Assembly: GCA_044868695.1 (NCBI GenBank)
Contig: JBIOWP010000114.1
Span: forward strand, 1-36,393
DNA: 36,393 nt
Direction: 5' to 3'
Origin: a bacterium
GTDB taxonomy: Bacteria; Sysuimicrobiota; Sysuimicrobiia; Sysuimicrobiales; Kaftiobacteriaceae
This document shows, in pieces, positions 1-8,129 of the stretch; within the stretch, counting starts at the first letter, position 1, and every line of letters starts with the position of its first letter. The notes beneath the pieces are model-generated. The model saw nothing but the letters and a program-made list of their open reading frames with translations, did not search any database and was not told the DNA's origin. Position numbers and translations under genes: made by a program.

Positions 1-50
1 ATTTTCGGGGCCCCGAGTCTTACTAAGCGACGTTTACTAGATAGACTCGC

Positions 51-126
51 GCGCCTGTAGCTCAGGGGAAAGAGCAGCTGCCTTCTAAGCAGCGGGTCGG
101 GGGTTCAAGTCCCTCCAGGCGCGCCA
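51..126 (+). tRNA. tRNA-Arg(TCT)
   Basis: Full cloverleaf: acceptor GCGCCTG/CAGGCGC, D arm GCTC/GAGC, anticodon stem GCTGC/GCAGC with loop CTTCTAA (TCT at 84-86), T loop TTCAAGT, encoded CCA at 124-126. Confidence 0.97.
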
Positions 127-191
127 GATTTGCAGGACCCTCCCGCTGGTTCGTCAAAGTCCGTTGAAATTCCAGCTCGGAGTGGCAGCGC

Positions 192-1142
192 GTGGGCGTG
201 TATCTTGCCCGCCGGCTCTTCCTGGCGGTCCCCACGGTTCTTGGCGTCCTGCTGGCGGTCTTCTTGCTGATCCGTCTCGTCCCTGGCGATGTCGTGACGC
301 AGCTCATCGGGCTCGAGGCGACGATCTCGCCGAAGCGCGTGGACGAACTGCGCCGTCTGTTCGGGCTCGACCGGCCGCTGCCGGTGCAGTTCGCCGAGTA
401 CGCGGGCGGGGTCGCGCGCGGCGATCTAGGGCGGTCGCTGCGCACCGGCCTGCCGGTGGGACACGAACTGCGCCGCCGCTTTCCGGTGACGGTAGAACTC
501 GCCGCCCTGGGTCTGCTCGTCGCGCTGGCCGTCGGGCTCCCCGTCGGAGTACTGGCGGCCGTGAAGCGCGGCCGGGCTGCGGACTATCTCGCCACCGGAT
601 TCGTCATGCTGGGCCTGTCCGTGCCGTCATTCTGGCTGGCGATCTTGCTGATTCTGCTGTTCGCGCTCAGGCTGGGGTGGCTGCCGCCAACGGCATATGT
701 CGCACCGGGTGAGGGCCTGCTCGACAACCTCCGCCACATGGCGCTGCCGGCGATGTCGGTGGGGCTCGTCCTGGCCGCGGCCGTAACACGCATCGTACGC
801 AGCAGCCTGCTCGAGGTGCTGGGCCGCCACTACGTCCGCACGGCGCGCGCCAAAGGCGTCGCGGAGGCGCGGGTGATCCTGCGCCACGCGCTGCGCAACG
901 CGTTGATCCCGGTCGTTACCGTCATCGGCCTGCAGTTCGGGACTCTGCTCGGCGGGACGGTGATCATCGAGCAGATCTTCAGCCTGCCGGGTGTAGGGCG
1001 GTACGCGCTGGAGGGGATCAATCTGCGCGACTATCCGGTCATCCAGGGAGCGGTGCTGGCCATCGCGATGTCGTTCGTGCTGGTTAACCTGTTTGTGGAC
1101 CTCTTCTATGGCTTCCTTGACCCTCGACTCCGCTACGAGTAG
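192..1142 (+). CDS. dppB: Peptide/nickel ABC transporter permease (DppB/OppB family)
   Basis: N-terminal 'RRL...PGD', 'GDLGRS', EAA-like loop 'YVRTARAKGV', 'HALRNALIPVVT', C-terminal 'LDPRLRY'. Confidence 0.93.
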   Translation: MGVYLARRLFLAVPTVLGVLLAVFLLIRLVPGDVVTQLIGLEATISPKRVDELRRLFGLDRPLPVQFAEYAGGVARGDLGRSLRTGLPVGHELRRRFPVTVELAALGLLVALAVGLPVGVLAAVKRGRAADYLATGFVMLGLSVPSFWLAILLILLFALRLGWLPPTAYVAPGEGLLDNLRHMALPAMSVGLVLAAAVTRIVRSSLLEVLGRHYVRTARAKGVAEARVILRHALRNALIPVVTVIGLQFGTLLGGTVIIEQIFSLPGVGRYALEGINLRDYPVIQGAVLAIAMSFVLVNLFVDLFYGFLDPRLRYE

Positions 1143-1992
1143 GCCGGTCTTTCGCGCGCGCACGCGGCTGGGACGCCGCGTCCTGCGCCAGCCCGGCGCA
1201 CGCATCGGGGGTGTGCTGATCGTCGCCGTGGTCGCCGGCGCGCTCGCGGCCCCGCTGCTGACCGGGTACGATCCCATCGCCGTGGCGCCGGCCGACCGGC
1301 TGCAGGGACCCAGTGCCATCCACGTGCTGGGCACCGACATCTACGGCCGGGATACGCTCGCGCGCGTCCTCTACGGCGGCCGCATCTCGCTGGCGGTGGG
1401 ACTGCTCTCGGTGAGCCTCGCGCTGGCGGTGGGGGGCACCGTCGGCGCTGTGTCGGGATACTGGGGCGGGTGGCTCGATGCCGGCATGATGCGTCTGGCC
1501 GACGTGCTGCTCGCATTTCCCGCGATCCTGCTGGCCATCGGTCTCCTGGCGTTCCTGGGCGGAGGATTCTGGAATGTCGTGCTGGCGATCGCCGTCGTGT
1601 ATACGGCCCCGCTGTCGCGGGTCGCGAGGGCGGCGGTCCTGACGGTGCGCCACGAAGAGTACGTCGACGCGGCCCGGGTCATCGGCGCCGGGGACGCCCG
1701 CGTGCTCGTCCGCCACGTGCTGCCCAACGCGGTGGCGCCGGTCATCGTGGAGGCCACGCTGCGGCTCGCGCTCGCGATTCTTGCCGAGGCGGCGCTCTCG
1801 TTTCTGGGGCTGGGGACCCAGCCGCCCGCCCCGACCTGGGGACAGATGATTGCCGAGGGGCGGGCCGTGATGACCTTCTCGTCCTGGCCGGCGATCGGGC
1901 CCGGGCTGGCGATTACAACCACGGTGCTGGGGTTCAACTTGCTGGGTGATGCCATCCGCGATGCGTTCGATCCGCACGTGGCTGGACGGTAG
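1108..1992 (+). CDS. dppC: Peptide/nickel ABC transporter permease (DppC/OppC family)
   Basis: 'HVLGTDIYGRD', 'EYVDAARVIGA', 'RHVLPN', 'LSFLGLG..PP.PTWG', 'FNLLGDAIRDAFDP'. Start set at ATG 1108 (uncertain; track gives 1093). Confidence 0.92.
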   Translation: MASLTLDSATSRPVFRARTRLGRRVLRQPGARIGGVLIVAVVAGALAAPLLTGYDPIAVAPADRLQGPSAIHVLGTDIYGRDTLARVLYGGRISLAVGLLSVSLALAVGGTVGAVSGYWGGWLDAGMMRLADVLLAFPAILLAIGLLAFLGGGFWNVVLAIAVVYTAPLSRVARAAVLTVRHEEYVDAARVIGAGDARVLVRHVLPNAVAPVIVEATLRLALAILAEAALSFLGLGTQPPAPTWGQMIAEGRAVMTFSSWPAIGPGLAITTTVLGFNLLGDAIRDAFDPHVAGR

Positions 1993-2024
1993 GAGATTCC
2001 ACTTACGGGTGAGGAGGGACGGAC

Positions 2025-3572
2025 ATGCGCAACGTGCTCCTGGTAGTCCTGGTAGGTGTCGTGTTCTGCGGTGCGCTCCAGCCGTCGGCGGCCCAGACTC
2101 CGGGTCCGCGGTACGGCGGGATGCTGCGCGCCGGCATGCAGACCGACCCGGTCGGTCTGGACCCGCATCTGACGACAGCCACGGCGACCCGCAACATGAT
2201 GGAGAACGTCTACGACACCCTGGTGATGATCAACTCCCAGGGGCGGATCGTGCCGGGTCTCGCGGAGTCCTGGACGGCGTCGGAGGACGGCCTGACCTGG
2301 ACGTTCCAGATCCGGCGCAATGTCAAATTCCACAACGGCCGGCCGATGACGGCGGACGACGTCGCATACTCCATCAACCGGATCCGCGATCCGAACACGA
2401 AGTCGCCGCGTGCGGGCGATTTCGCAGAGGTGGACTCCGTCGCCGCCACGGGCCCCTACACGGTTGTGTTCAAATTGAAGCGACCGTTCAGCCCGCTGCT
2501 GGCCAAGCTGGCGCTGTCGACGAACGTCGTAGTGCCGAAGGAGGTCGTTCAGCGGGACGGCGATATGAACAAAGATCCGGTCGGGACGGGCCCGTTCCGC
2601 TTCGTGGGATACACCCCGCAGCAGCGCTTAGTGCTTGTTCGCAGCGGCGACTACTGGGAGCAGGATGTGACCGGCCGCCGGCTGCCCTACTTGGACCGCA
2701 TCGAGTTTGTCTTCCTGCCCGATGCCGTTGCCCGCGCCACAGCGCTGCGGGCCGGATCGGTCGACTGGATCGAGTACGTGCCCGCGTCCGAAGTGAAGGC
2801 GCTGCAGGCCGACCCCAACGTCGAAGTCGTGGGCGGGCTCTCCGCCAACTTCCGGGGCCTCTACATGAACAACCAGGTCGCGCCGTTCGACAACGTGAAA
2901 GTGCGCCAGGCGATGGCGTGGGCGATTGACAAGAAAGAGATCGTCGACACCGCCCTGTTCGGTGTGGGGGGGATGGTCGCCACCGGCACCGTGATCCCGC
3001 CAGGCAACTTCTACACCTTCGCGCGCAACCCATACGAGAAGGCGGATGCCGACCGCGCCCGGCGCCTGCTGGCCGAAGCCGGCCACCCGAACGGGTTCGA
3101 TGCCGAGCTGTACGTGACGAGCACCTACGACTTTCTTCGCACACCCGCGGAGCTCATCCAGGCCCAGCTGGGGAAGGCGGGGATCCGGCTCAAGCTGACC
3201 GCCGCAGACTGGAGTGTCTACCTGCCCACCGTGTTTCAGAAGAAATACGCGCTGACGATCCTGGGGACCTCGGGCCAGAGCGATCCCGACGACTTCCTGT
3301 ACAACAACTTCCGCACCGGCGCCGGCCTCAATCTGGTGAACTACTCCGACGCGCAGTTCGACCGGCTCATGGACGAGGGGAGGGCGGCGAGCGCCGAGGC
3401 GCAGCGCAAACGCATCTACGACCAGGCGCAGGTCCGCCTGCTGGAGACGGTGCCCATGGTGTTTCTCTTCCATTCGACGCAGTTTGAGGCCGTGCGCAGG
3501 ACGGTGCGCGGCTTCGAGCACTGGCCCAACACCTCCTACCTGGGCCTTCGCCGGACCTGGATGGCCCGGTAG
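2025..3572 (+). CDS. dppA: ABC transporter substrate-binding protein, family 5 (DppA/OppA-like)
   Basis: RBS GAGGAGG, signal peptide, 'LDP', 'PGLAESW..SEDGLTWTF.IR..VKFHNG', 'PVGTGPF', 'PFDNVKVRQA'. Confidence 0.93.
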   Translation: MRNVLLVVLVGVVFCGALQPSAAQTPGPRYGGMLRAGMQTDPVGLDPHLTTATATRNMMENVYDTLVMINSQGRIVPGLAESWTASEDGLTWTFQIRRNVKFHNGRPMTADDVAYSINRIRDPNTKSPRAGDFAEVDSVAATGPYTVVFKLKRPFSPLLAKLALSTNVVVPKEVVQRDGDMNKDPVGTGPFRFVGYTPQQRLVLVRSGDYWEQDVTGRRLPYLDRIEFVFLPDAVARATALRAGSVDWIEYVPASEVKALQADPNVEVVGGLSANFRGLYMNNQVAPFDNVKVRQAMAWAIDKKEIVDTALFGVGGMVATGTVIPPGNFYTFARNPYEKADADRARRLLAEAGHPNGFDAELYVTSTYDFLRTPAELIQAQLGKAGIRLKLTAADWSVYLPTVFQKKYALTILGTSGQSDPDDFLYNNFRTGAGLNLVNYSDAQFDRLMDEGRAASAEAQRKRIYDQAQVRLLETVPMVFLFHSTQFEAVRRTVRGFEHWPNTSYLGLRRTWMAR

Positions 3573-3575
3573 TTA

Positions 3576-3663
3576 GGCGGCGTACCGGAGCGGGGGCGCG
3601 GGAATGACCCTCCTGAGGGGACGTCGCGGTGAACCCGGCGGCCCCCCGCATCCGTATGTCGCC
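3576..3663 (+). promoter_or_regulatory. Long imperfect hairpin / candidate structured RNA leader
   Basis: GGCGGCGTAC (3576-3585) pairs with GTATGTCGCC (3654-3663) using two G-U pairs; inner GCGGGGG/CCCCCGC and GGG/CCC helices; fills the intergenic gap and ends just before the next RBS. Confidence 0.5.
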
Positions 3664-3679
3664 GATGAGGTGGGAGATC

Positions 3680-4396
3680 ATGGCTATGCGTATTACCGTA
3701 CTGGTCGCCGCGTTCGTGATGATCGGTATGGTCCCAGATCACTCCGAGGCCGCGAGCCAGTTTACGGTCTGGCCGGCCGAGTTCGCCTATGGGACGCCGA
3801 CCGGGACGTTCGCGTGGAACGCGACGATGTTCGGGTTTCGCTTCGATCAGCCGATGGCGCCGTTGGTCAGCCTGCAGACGGACGTGCGATACGGGTCGGT
3901 CGCGAACCTGAGTTTCGGCGGCGGAGGGTTGGCCGGGGCCACCGGGAACACGTTTGTGGCCGATTCCATGCTGCGCGTGGGGCTGCGGACGGGAGCGTTC
4001 AGTCTCGCCGCGTTCGGCGGGTACGGTGGGCTGCTGGCCAACGCGAGCGGTCCATCGGCGTCAGACACGATGGCCCTGCAGACCCAGGGCAGCCGGCTCG
4101 GGGTGGAGGTGGTCGCGTCAGCCTCGCGTGCCGTGCTGCGCGGCAGCTACACCCTGATTCCGTCGATGACCGCGCGGGCGGACTTCGCACTCCCCTCCCT
4201 GGCGGTGCCCCCACAGCAATACAGCGGCAGCGGGTCGGGCAACGAATACGAAATCACCCTGCTCCTCTCGCCGACGCCTGTCACGGCCATCTTTGCGGGG
4301 TATCGCGGCGGTACCTATCAGATCAACTGGTCGGGCGGCGGCACGACGAGCACGACCTTCAACGGGTTTGTCGCCGGCGTAGAATTGCACTTTTGA
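3680..4396 (+). CDS. Secreted protein, probable outer-membrane beta-barrel
   Basis: RBS GAGGTGGGAG before ATG 3680; signal peptide; Gly/aromatic-rich alternating strands; C-terminus 'FNGFVAGVELHF' ends in Phe like a BAM beta-signal. Confidence 0.65.
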   Translation: MAMRITVLVAAFVMIGMVPDHSEAASQFTVWPAEFAYGTPTGTFAWNATMFGFRFDQPMAPLVSLQTDVRYGSVANLSFGGGGLAGATGNTFVADSMLRVGLRTGAFSLAAFGGYGGLLANASGPSASDTMALQTQGSRLGVEVVASASRAVLRGSYTLIPSMTARADFALPSLAVPPQQYSGSGSGNEYEITLLLSPTPVTAIFAGYRGGTYQINWSGGGTTSTTFNGFVAGVELHF

Positions 4397-4409
4397 TCAG
4401 AGGTGCGTG

Positions 4410-4985
4410 ATGGCGCGGACCGACAACGTGTACGGGCTGCCATCCGATCTCCCCGTTCCCGCCGACGACGGAGCATCGGATCATCTCCGTGGGATGCGCG
4501 TGCCGTCTGTCCCGCTTCCCTCAACCGCGAACCGGATGATCGATGTGGCGGGGCTCCCGGGGCGGACCGTGGTGTTCTGCTATCCGGCGACGGGCAAACC
4601 TCACGAGCCGTCGCCTCCAGGGTGGGACCAGATCCCCGGAGCGCGCGGGTGTACGCCGCAGTCCTGCGCGTTCCGCGACCACTACCAGGACCTTCAGGCG
4701 CTTGGGGTCGCCGTGTACGGTCTCAGCACGCAAACCACCGCCGACCAGCGGGAGGCGGTCCAGCGGCTGCGGCTGCCCTATGAGGTGCTGAGTGACGCGT
4801 CGCTGTCGTTTGCCCGCGCGCTGCGCCTGCCGACCTTTGCGGTTGAGGGACGGACCTACCTCAAACGCCTCACGCTCATTGTGCGGAATGGCTCCATCGA
4901 GCATGTGTTTTACCCGGTGTTTCCGCCCGACAAGAACGCAGGTGACGTGACCGACTGGCTCTCGCAGCACCCGCGTCCGGCGTAG
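4410..4985 (+). CDS. Peroxiredoxin (Bcp/PrxQ-like, AhpC/TSA family)
   Basis: 'PGARGCTPQSCAFRD' CxxxxC, 'VYGLSTQT', 'KRLTLIV', 'VFYPVFPPD'. Confidence 0.88.
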   Translation: MARTDNVYGLPSDLPVPADDGASDHLRGMRVPSVPLPSTANRMIDVAGLPGRTVVFCYPATGKPHEPSPPGWDQIPGARGCTPQSCAFRDHYQDLQALGVAVYGLSTQTTADQREAVQRLRLPYEVLSDASLSFARALRLPTFAVEGRTYLKRLTLIVRNGSIEHVFYPVFPPDKNAGDVTDWLSQHPRPA

Positions 4986-5007
4986 CCCCAGGCATCTCGA
5001 TCGGGTC

Positions 5008-6153
5008 CTACGGCGCCGCCGGGGGGCTGGGCAACGGGGTTGGGGAGGGGTCGGGCGTGTACGGGCCGCCCGCCGTCAAGTCGGTCCGGAGATCTACCCG
5101 CTGGTCAGGGAACAGCACAGGCAGCATCAGGAGCGCGGGACGTCTGGGTGAGATCTTCTCAAACGCCAGCGTTCCGGTGACCGTTCTCTGCGGCGCGACG
5201 TCGCCGGGAAGTGTCGAGCGTAGAAACCGGATGGCGAGATCGCCGTCAGGGCCCGAGAGCGCCGCCTGCGGAGCGAAGACGGTCCCGGTGGCGCCGGTCG
5301 CATTCTCCAGGGTCAGCGTGAGAATCCACGCATCGGGAATTTCTATCAGCCGTGTCGGGGAGACGGCCAGTCCGCCCACCTCGGTCCTGTGCGCGTAGTA
5401 CCACACCCGCAGGGGCAGCCCGCGTGACGGGAAGGCCGCAAAGGCGGTGTTGACGGCGCTGATCCGGTCCAGAAAGCCCGGATGCGTTCCGGCCCAGTGC
5501 GTGCGTTCCTGCCTGTGGCCGGTCGCCTCGTTGAACCAGGCCAGCGTCTGCGCCGCCTTGGCCGGGTCAAATCCCGCTTCCACCAGCACCCTGAGCGCTT
5601 CGATGTCGGCCTCGCTCTCTTTCTCGCGGGAGAAGCCCAGGAGCGAGACATCCAGCAGGAGGCGGACCAGATCCACCGTGGTCCGGTCGCCGGTCAGGAT
5701 GGCGACGACGATCGCGATCACCGTGCTGACGTTGGATCGCACGATGTAGGCTGCCACATGGCGCTTCGCCGTGTGCGCCATCTCATGGGCGAGGACGAAC
5801 GCCCATCCCTCAGTATCCAATCCCAACCGGAGCATCCCGCGGGTCACGAAGACGTACCCCGGCGTGCTGATGGCGTTCGGGATTGGCGTATCCAGGATCA
5901 AGAGTTGATACGGCACGCCCGGCCGGCCGGAAAACGGGAGCAGCCGGTCGCGGACCTGCGTGAGGAACGCGAGCCATCCCGGATCGGCGACGACGCCGAA
6001 CTGCGTAATGAGCTCGGCGGCCACCGCGCGGCCGACGGCGAGTTCCTGCTCCTCGGAGACCGACGACTGCGCGGTGGCGGGGGTCGTGAGAACGAAGAGG
6101 CTGAGGACAACGGCGATCGCCCGTAGACACCCAGTCCGGCGACGGCGCTTCAT
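5008..6153 (-). CDS. Secreted M48-family zinc metallopeptidase with C-terminal beta-rich domain
   Basis: Signal peptide, 'PNAISTPGYVFVTRG', HExxH 'AHEMAH', 'FSREKESEAD', 'THP...RI'. Confidence 0.88.
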   Translation of the reverse strand: MKRRRRTGCLRAIAVVLSLFVLTTPATAQSSVSEEQELAVGRAVAAELITQFGVVADPGWLAFLTQVRDRLLPFSGRPGVPYQLLILDTPIPNAISTPGYVFVTRGMLRLGLDTEGWAFVLAHEMAHTAKRHVAAYIVRSNVSTVIAIVVAILTGDRTTVDLVRLLLDVSLLGFSREKESEADIEALRVLVEAGFDPAKAAQTLAWFNEATGHRQERTHWAGTHPGFLDRISAVNTAFAAFPSRGLPLRVWYYAHRTEVGGLAVSPTRLIEIPDAWILTLTLENATGATGTVFAPQAALSGPDGDLAIRFLRSTLPGDVAPQRTVTGTLAFEKISPRRPALLMLPVLFPDQRVDLRTDLTAGGPYTPDPSPTPLPSPPAAP

Positions 6154-6228
6154 CGATGTTCTGAACCTCTTACGAGAAGCAACGCCCGAATGTTCGGATT
6201 GGCTCGGCGCGTCGGAGCTACGGTGACG

Positions 6229-7275
6229 CTAGTGCACGCGGCCGCCGGCTTCGTTCAGGAGGGCCTCGAGGCTGGCGTTGACGGCGGAGAGGACGGTCTT
6301 CGCAGCTGCCACCGGCTCGTCGCCGACAATCTTCGCGATGCCAAGCAGCGTCTGCTCCCCGGCCGGGGTCAGGAACAAGACTTTGACGCTGATGGCTTTG
6401 ATGGTCTTGTCGGCCTCGGATGCCACGGGCGTCACGTGCTCGAGGACGATGCCGTAGCCTGGAGGCAGCAGCGCAGACACGGCGCGTACAGCCGCTTCGG
6501 CCGCCACGTAGAGATATTGGGTCGAGTCGTTGCGGGCAACCGCTTTGCCGACAATTTTCTCCCCGTCGTACGACAGCTCCACCGTGGCCGTGGCGGCGAA
6601 CCCGGCAGCATCCAGGCTGGCTTGCTTAAGAATGACCCGGCGGCCCGCAGGAGTGCTGCGCACGATCTCACGGACGGTGGCCGTCGCCGGCCGCGGTGCC
6701 TGAGCAGGCGTTCTGTCCACCCGTACCGGGACCGGATGCGGCGGGGCCGCGCGTGAAGGCTGCGCGGCCGCGGGAGACACCTGGCGATGAGCGGGCGCGG
6801 GAGGCCGGGCAGGCGCCGGGGTGACCGGCGTCTCCACTGCCTCACGGATTCCGAAATCTGCCGGTCGGGCTGCATCGACTTCCAGCGGGCGGTGAGCCAG
6901 GGACCGGAGGTCCTTCCGCAGCTGCGCGACGTCCGACGTCTGGCGGGTAACAAACGCGACCAGCGAGTTGTCCCCTACGGGGTCGACGATCACGGCGGAC
7001 CCGCTATCGAACTCGGCCAGGATGCCCTCCACGCGACCCCGTGCGGCGCCGTTCGTATGAGACATTTGGAGGGCGGCGGCGGCGTTGGCGGCCAGGGCCT
7101 CCAGTTCAACCGGCTCATCGTCGCAGATCACGGAGTCGATGAGCAGGCCGTCCCAAGTCGCCACGAGCGCAGTGCGGACGCCGAGGTGCTGCAGCCGTTC
7201 CTGGGCTTCAGGATCCCGAAACAGGGACTGGAGATGCTCGAGGCTCTCGAATTCCTTCAATTCAACGACGGTCAT
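6229..7275 (-). CDS. Roadblock/LC7 (MglB-like) domain protein fused via a Pro/Ala-rich linker to an uncharacterised C-terminal domain
   Basis: 'GVRTALVATWDGLLID..ELEALAANAA..ILAEFDSG..IVDPV' fits the Roadblock pattern; PA-rich linker; C-terminal alpha/beta domain ending 'AAAKTVLSAVN'. Confidence 0.7.
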   Translation of the reverse strand: MTVVELKEFESLEHLQSLFRDPEAQERLQHLGVRTALVATWDGLLIDSVICDDEPVELEALAANAAAALQMSHTNGAARGRVEGILAEFDSGSAVIVDPVGDNSLVAFVTRQTSDVAQLRKDLRSLAHRPLEVDAARPADFGIREAVETPVTPAPARPPAPAHRQVSPAAAQPSRAAPPHPVPVRVDRTPAQAPRPATATVREIVRSTPAGRRVILKQASLDAAGFAATATVELSYDGEKIVGKAVARNDSTQYLYVAAEAAVRAVSALLPPGYGIVLEHVTPVASEADKTIKAISVKVLFLTPAGEQTLLGIAKIVGDEPVAAAKTVLSAVNASLEALLNEAGGRVH

Positions 7276-7302
7276 GTGGGGGACGCACCTTTTCCACTAT
7301 AG

Positions 7303-7318
7303 AGCAAGTTGCGTGCCG
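7303..7318 (-). promoter_or_regulatory. Sigma54 (RpoN) -24/-12 promoter
   Basis: Minus strand reads CGGCACGCAACTTGCT (GG-N10-GC), close to the consensus TGGCAC-N5-TTGC, 28 nt upstream of ATG 7275 with AAAAGGTG in between. Confidence 0.7.
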
Positions 7319-7327
7319 GGTACTTTC

Positions 7328-8041
7328 CTATTCCTTTGTGCCCTCCGGCGCCGGAGGTAGACGCCGCCGGGTCGGTTCGTCCAGGCGCGCACGGAGCCAG
7401 GCCACTACGCCGGCCAGGCTTTCTTCGGTCACTTGATGCCCCATCGCGTACTCCCGGTAGGTCAGGAGACAGGGAAGCCGGGCGAGGAGGTCACGCGAGG
7501 CCCGGCCGTGGTGGACGGGAAGGACGGGATCGTCCGTCCCGTGGACGACCAGGATGGGGAGACCCCTCAGCGCGTCCGGCGAGGCGATCTGGGGCAGCAC
7601 CTCGGGCAGCACACGGCCGCTCATCGCCACGACGCCGGCAACCCGGTCCGGATGGGTCAAGGCCAGTGACAGGCTCATGATGGCGCCCTGGCTGAATCCC
7701 AGGAGGTAGATGCGCTCGGAGTCGACGTCATACGTGTCGATGACCTCGTCGATGAACCGGCGCAGGAGGACCCGGCTGTGCTCGGCGTCGTCGGGATTGA
7801 TGACCGGTGCGACGGGATCCAGCATTACCTGGAACCACGCGTACATCCCCGGCCCGAGCTCCAGCGGTGCGCGCGCGCTGACGATGAAAAACCGCGCGTC
7901 CAGATACGGCGCCAGGCCCATCAGGTCGCCTTCATGGCTGCCGAGTCCGTGCAACAAAAGCAGCAGCGGAGGCCGCGCCGGCCCAGATGATCTCGGAGGC
8001 TGCGTCAGGTGCACCAGCGAGAGAGCGGGAGCGGCAGGCAT
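7328..8041 (-). CDS. Phospholipase/carboxylesterase (alpha/beta hydrolase)
   Basis: 'LLHGLGS', nucleophile 'GFSQG', 'HGTDDPVLP', 'MGH'. Start set to ATG 8041 (track gives 8086). Confidence 0.9.
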   Translation of the reverse strand: MPAAPALSLVHLTQPPRSSGPARPPLLLLLHGLGSHEGDLMGLAPYLDARFFIVSARAPLELGPGMYAWFQVMLDPVAPVINPDDAEHSRVLLRRFIDEVIDTYDVDSERIYLLGFSQGAIMSLSLALTHPDRVAGVVAMSGRVLPEVLPQIASPDALRGLPILVVHGTDDPVLPVHHGRASRDLLARLPCLLTYREYAMGHQVTEESLAGVVAWLRARLDEPTRRRLPPAPEGTKE

Positions 8042-8129
8042 GAAGATGGAATTTCCCGCGGCGCCGCCCGACTCCTGGACCGCCACCGTGACGAGGAACG
8101 ACGGGGGCTGCGCAGAAATGTGCGGTCAT

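Noticed and set aside
15..48. GAGTCT...AGACTC inverted repeat upstream of the tRNA
   Set aside because: Only 6 bp with a long loop at the window edge; cannot be distinguished from chance
51..200. Genomic island integrated at tRNA-Arg
   Set aside because: No integrase and no duplicate of the tRNA 3' end noticed in the window
62..445. Minus-strand 127-aa ORF
   Set aside because: Antisense shadow of the tRNA and dppB
7710..8129. N-terminal extension of the nitroreductase ORF (likewise track starts 9271, 11929, 14618, 27424, 28463, 29410, 31935)
   Set aside because: Extensions overlap well-supported neighbouring genes; downstream starts with RBS or stop/start overlap fit better
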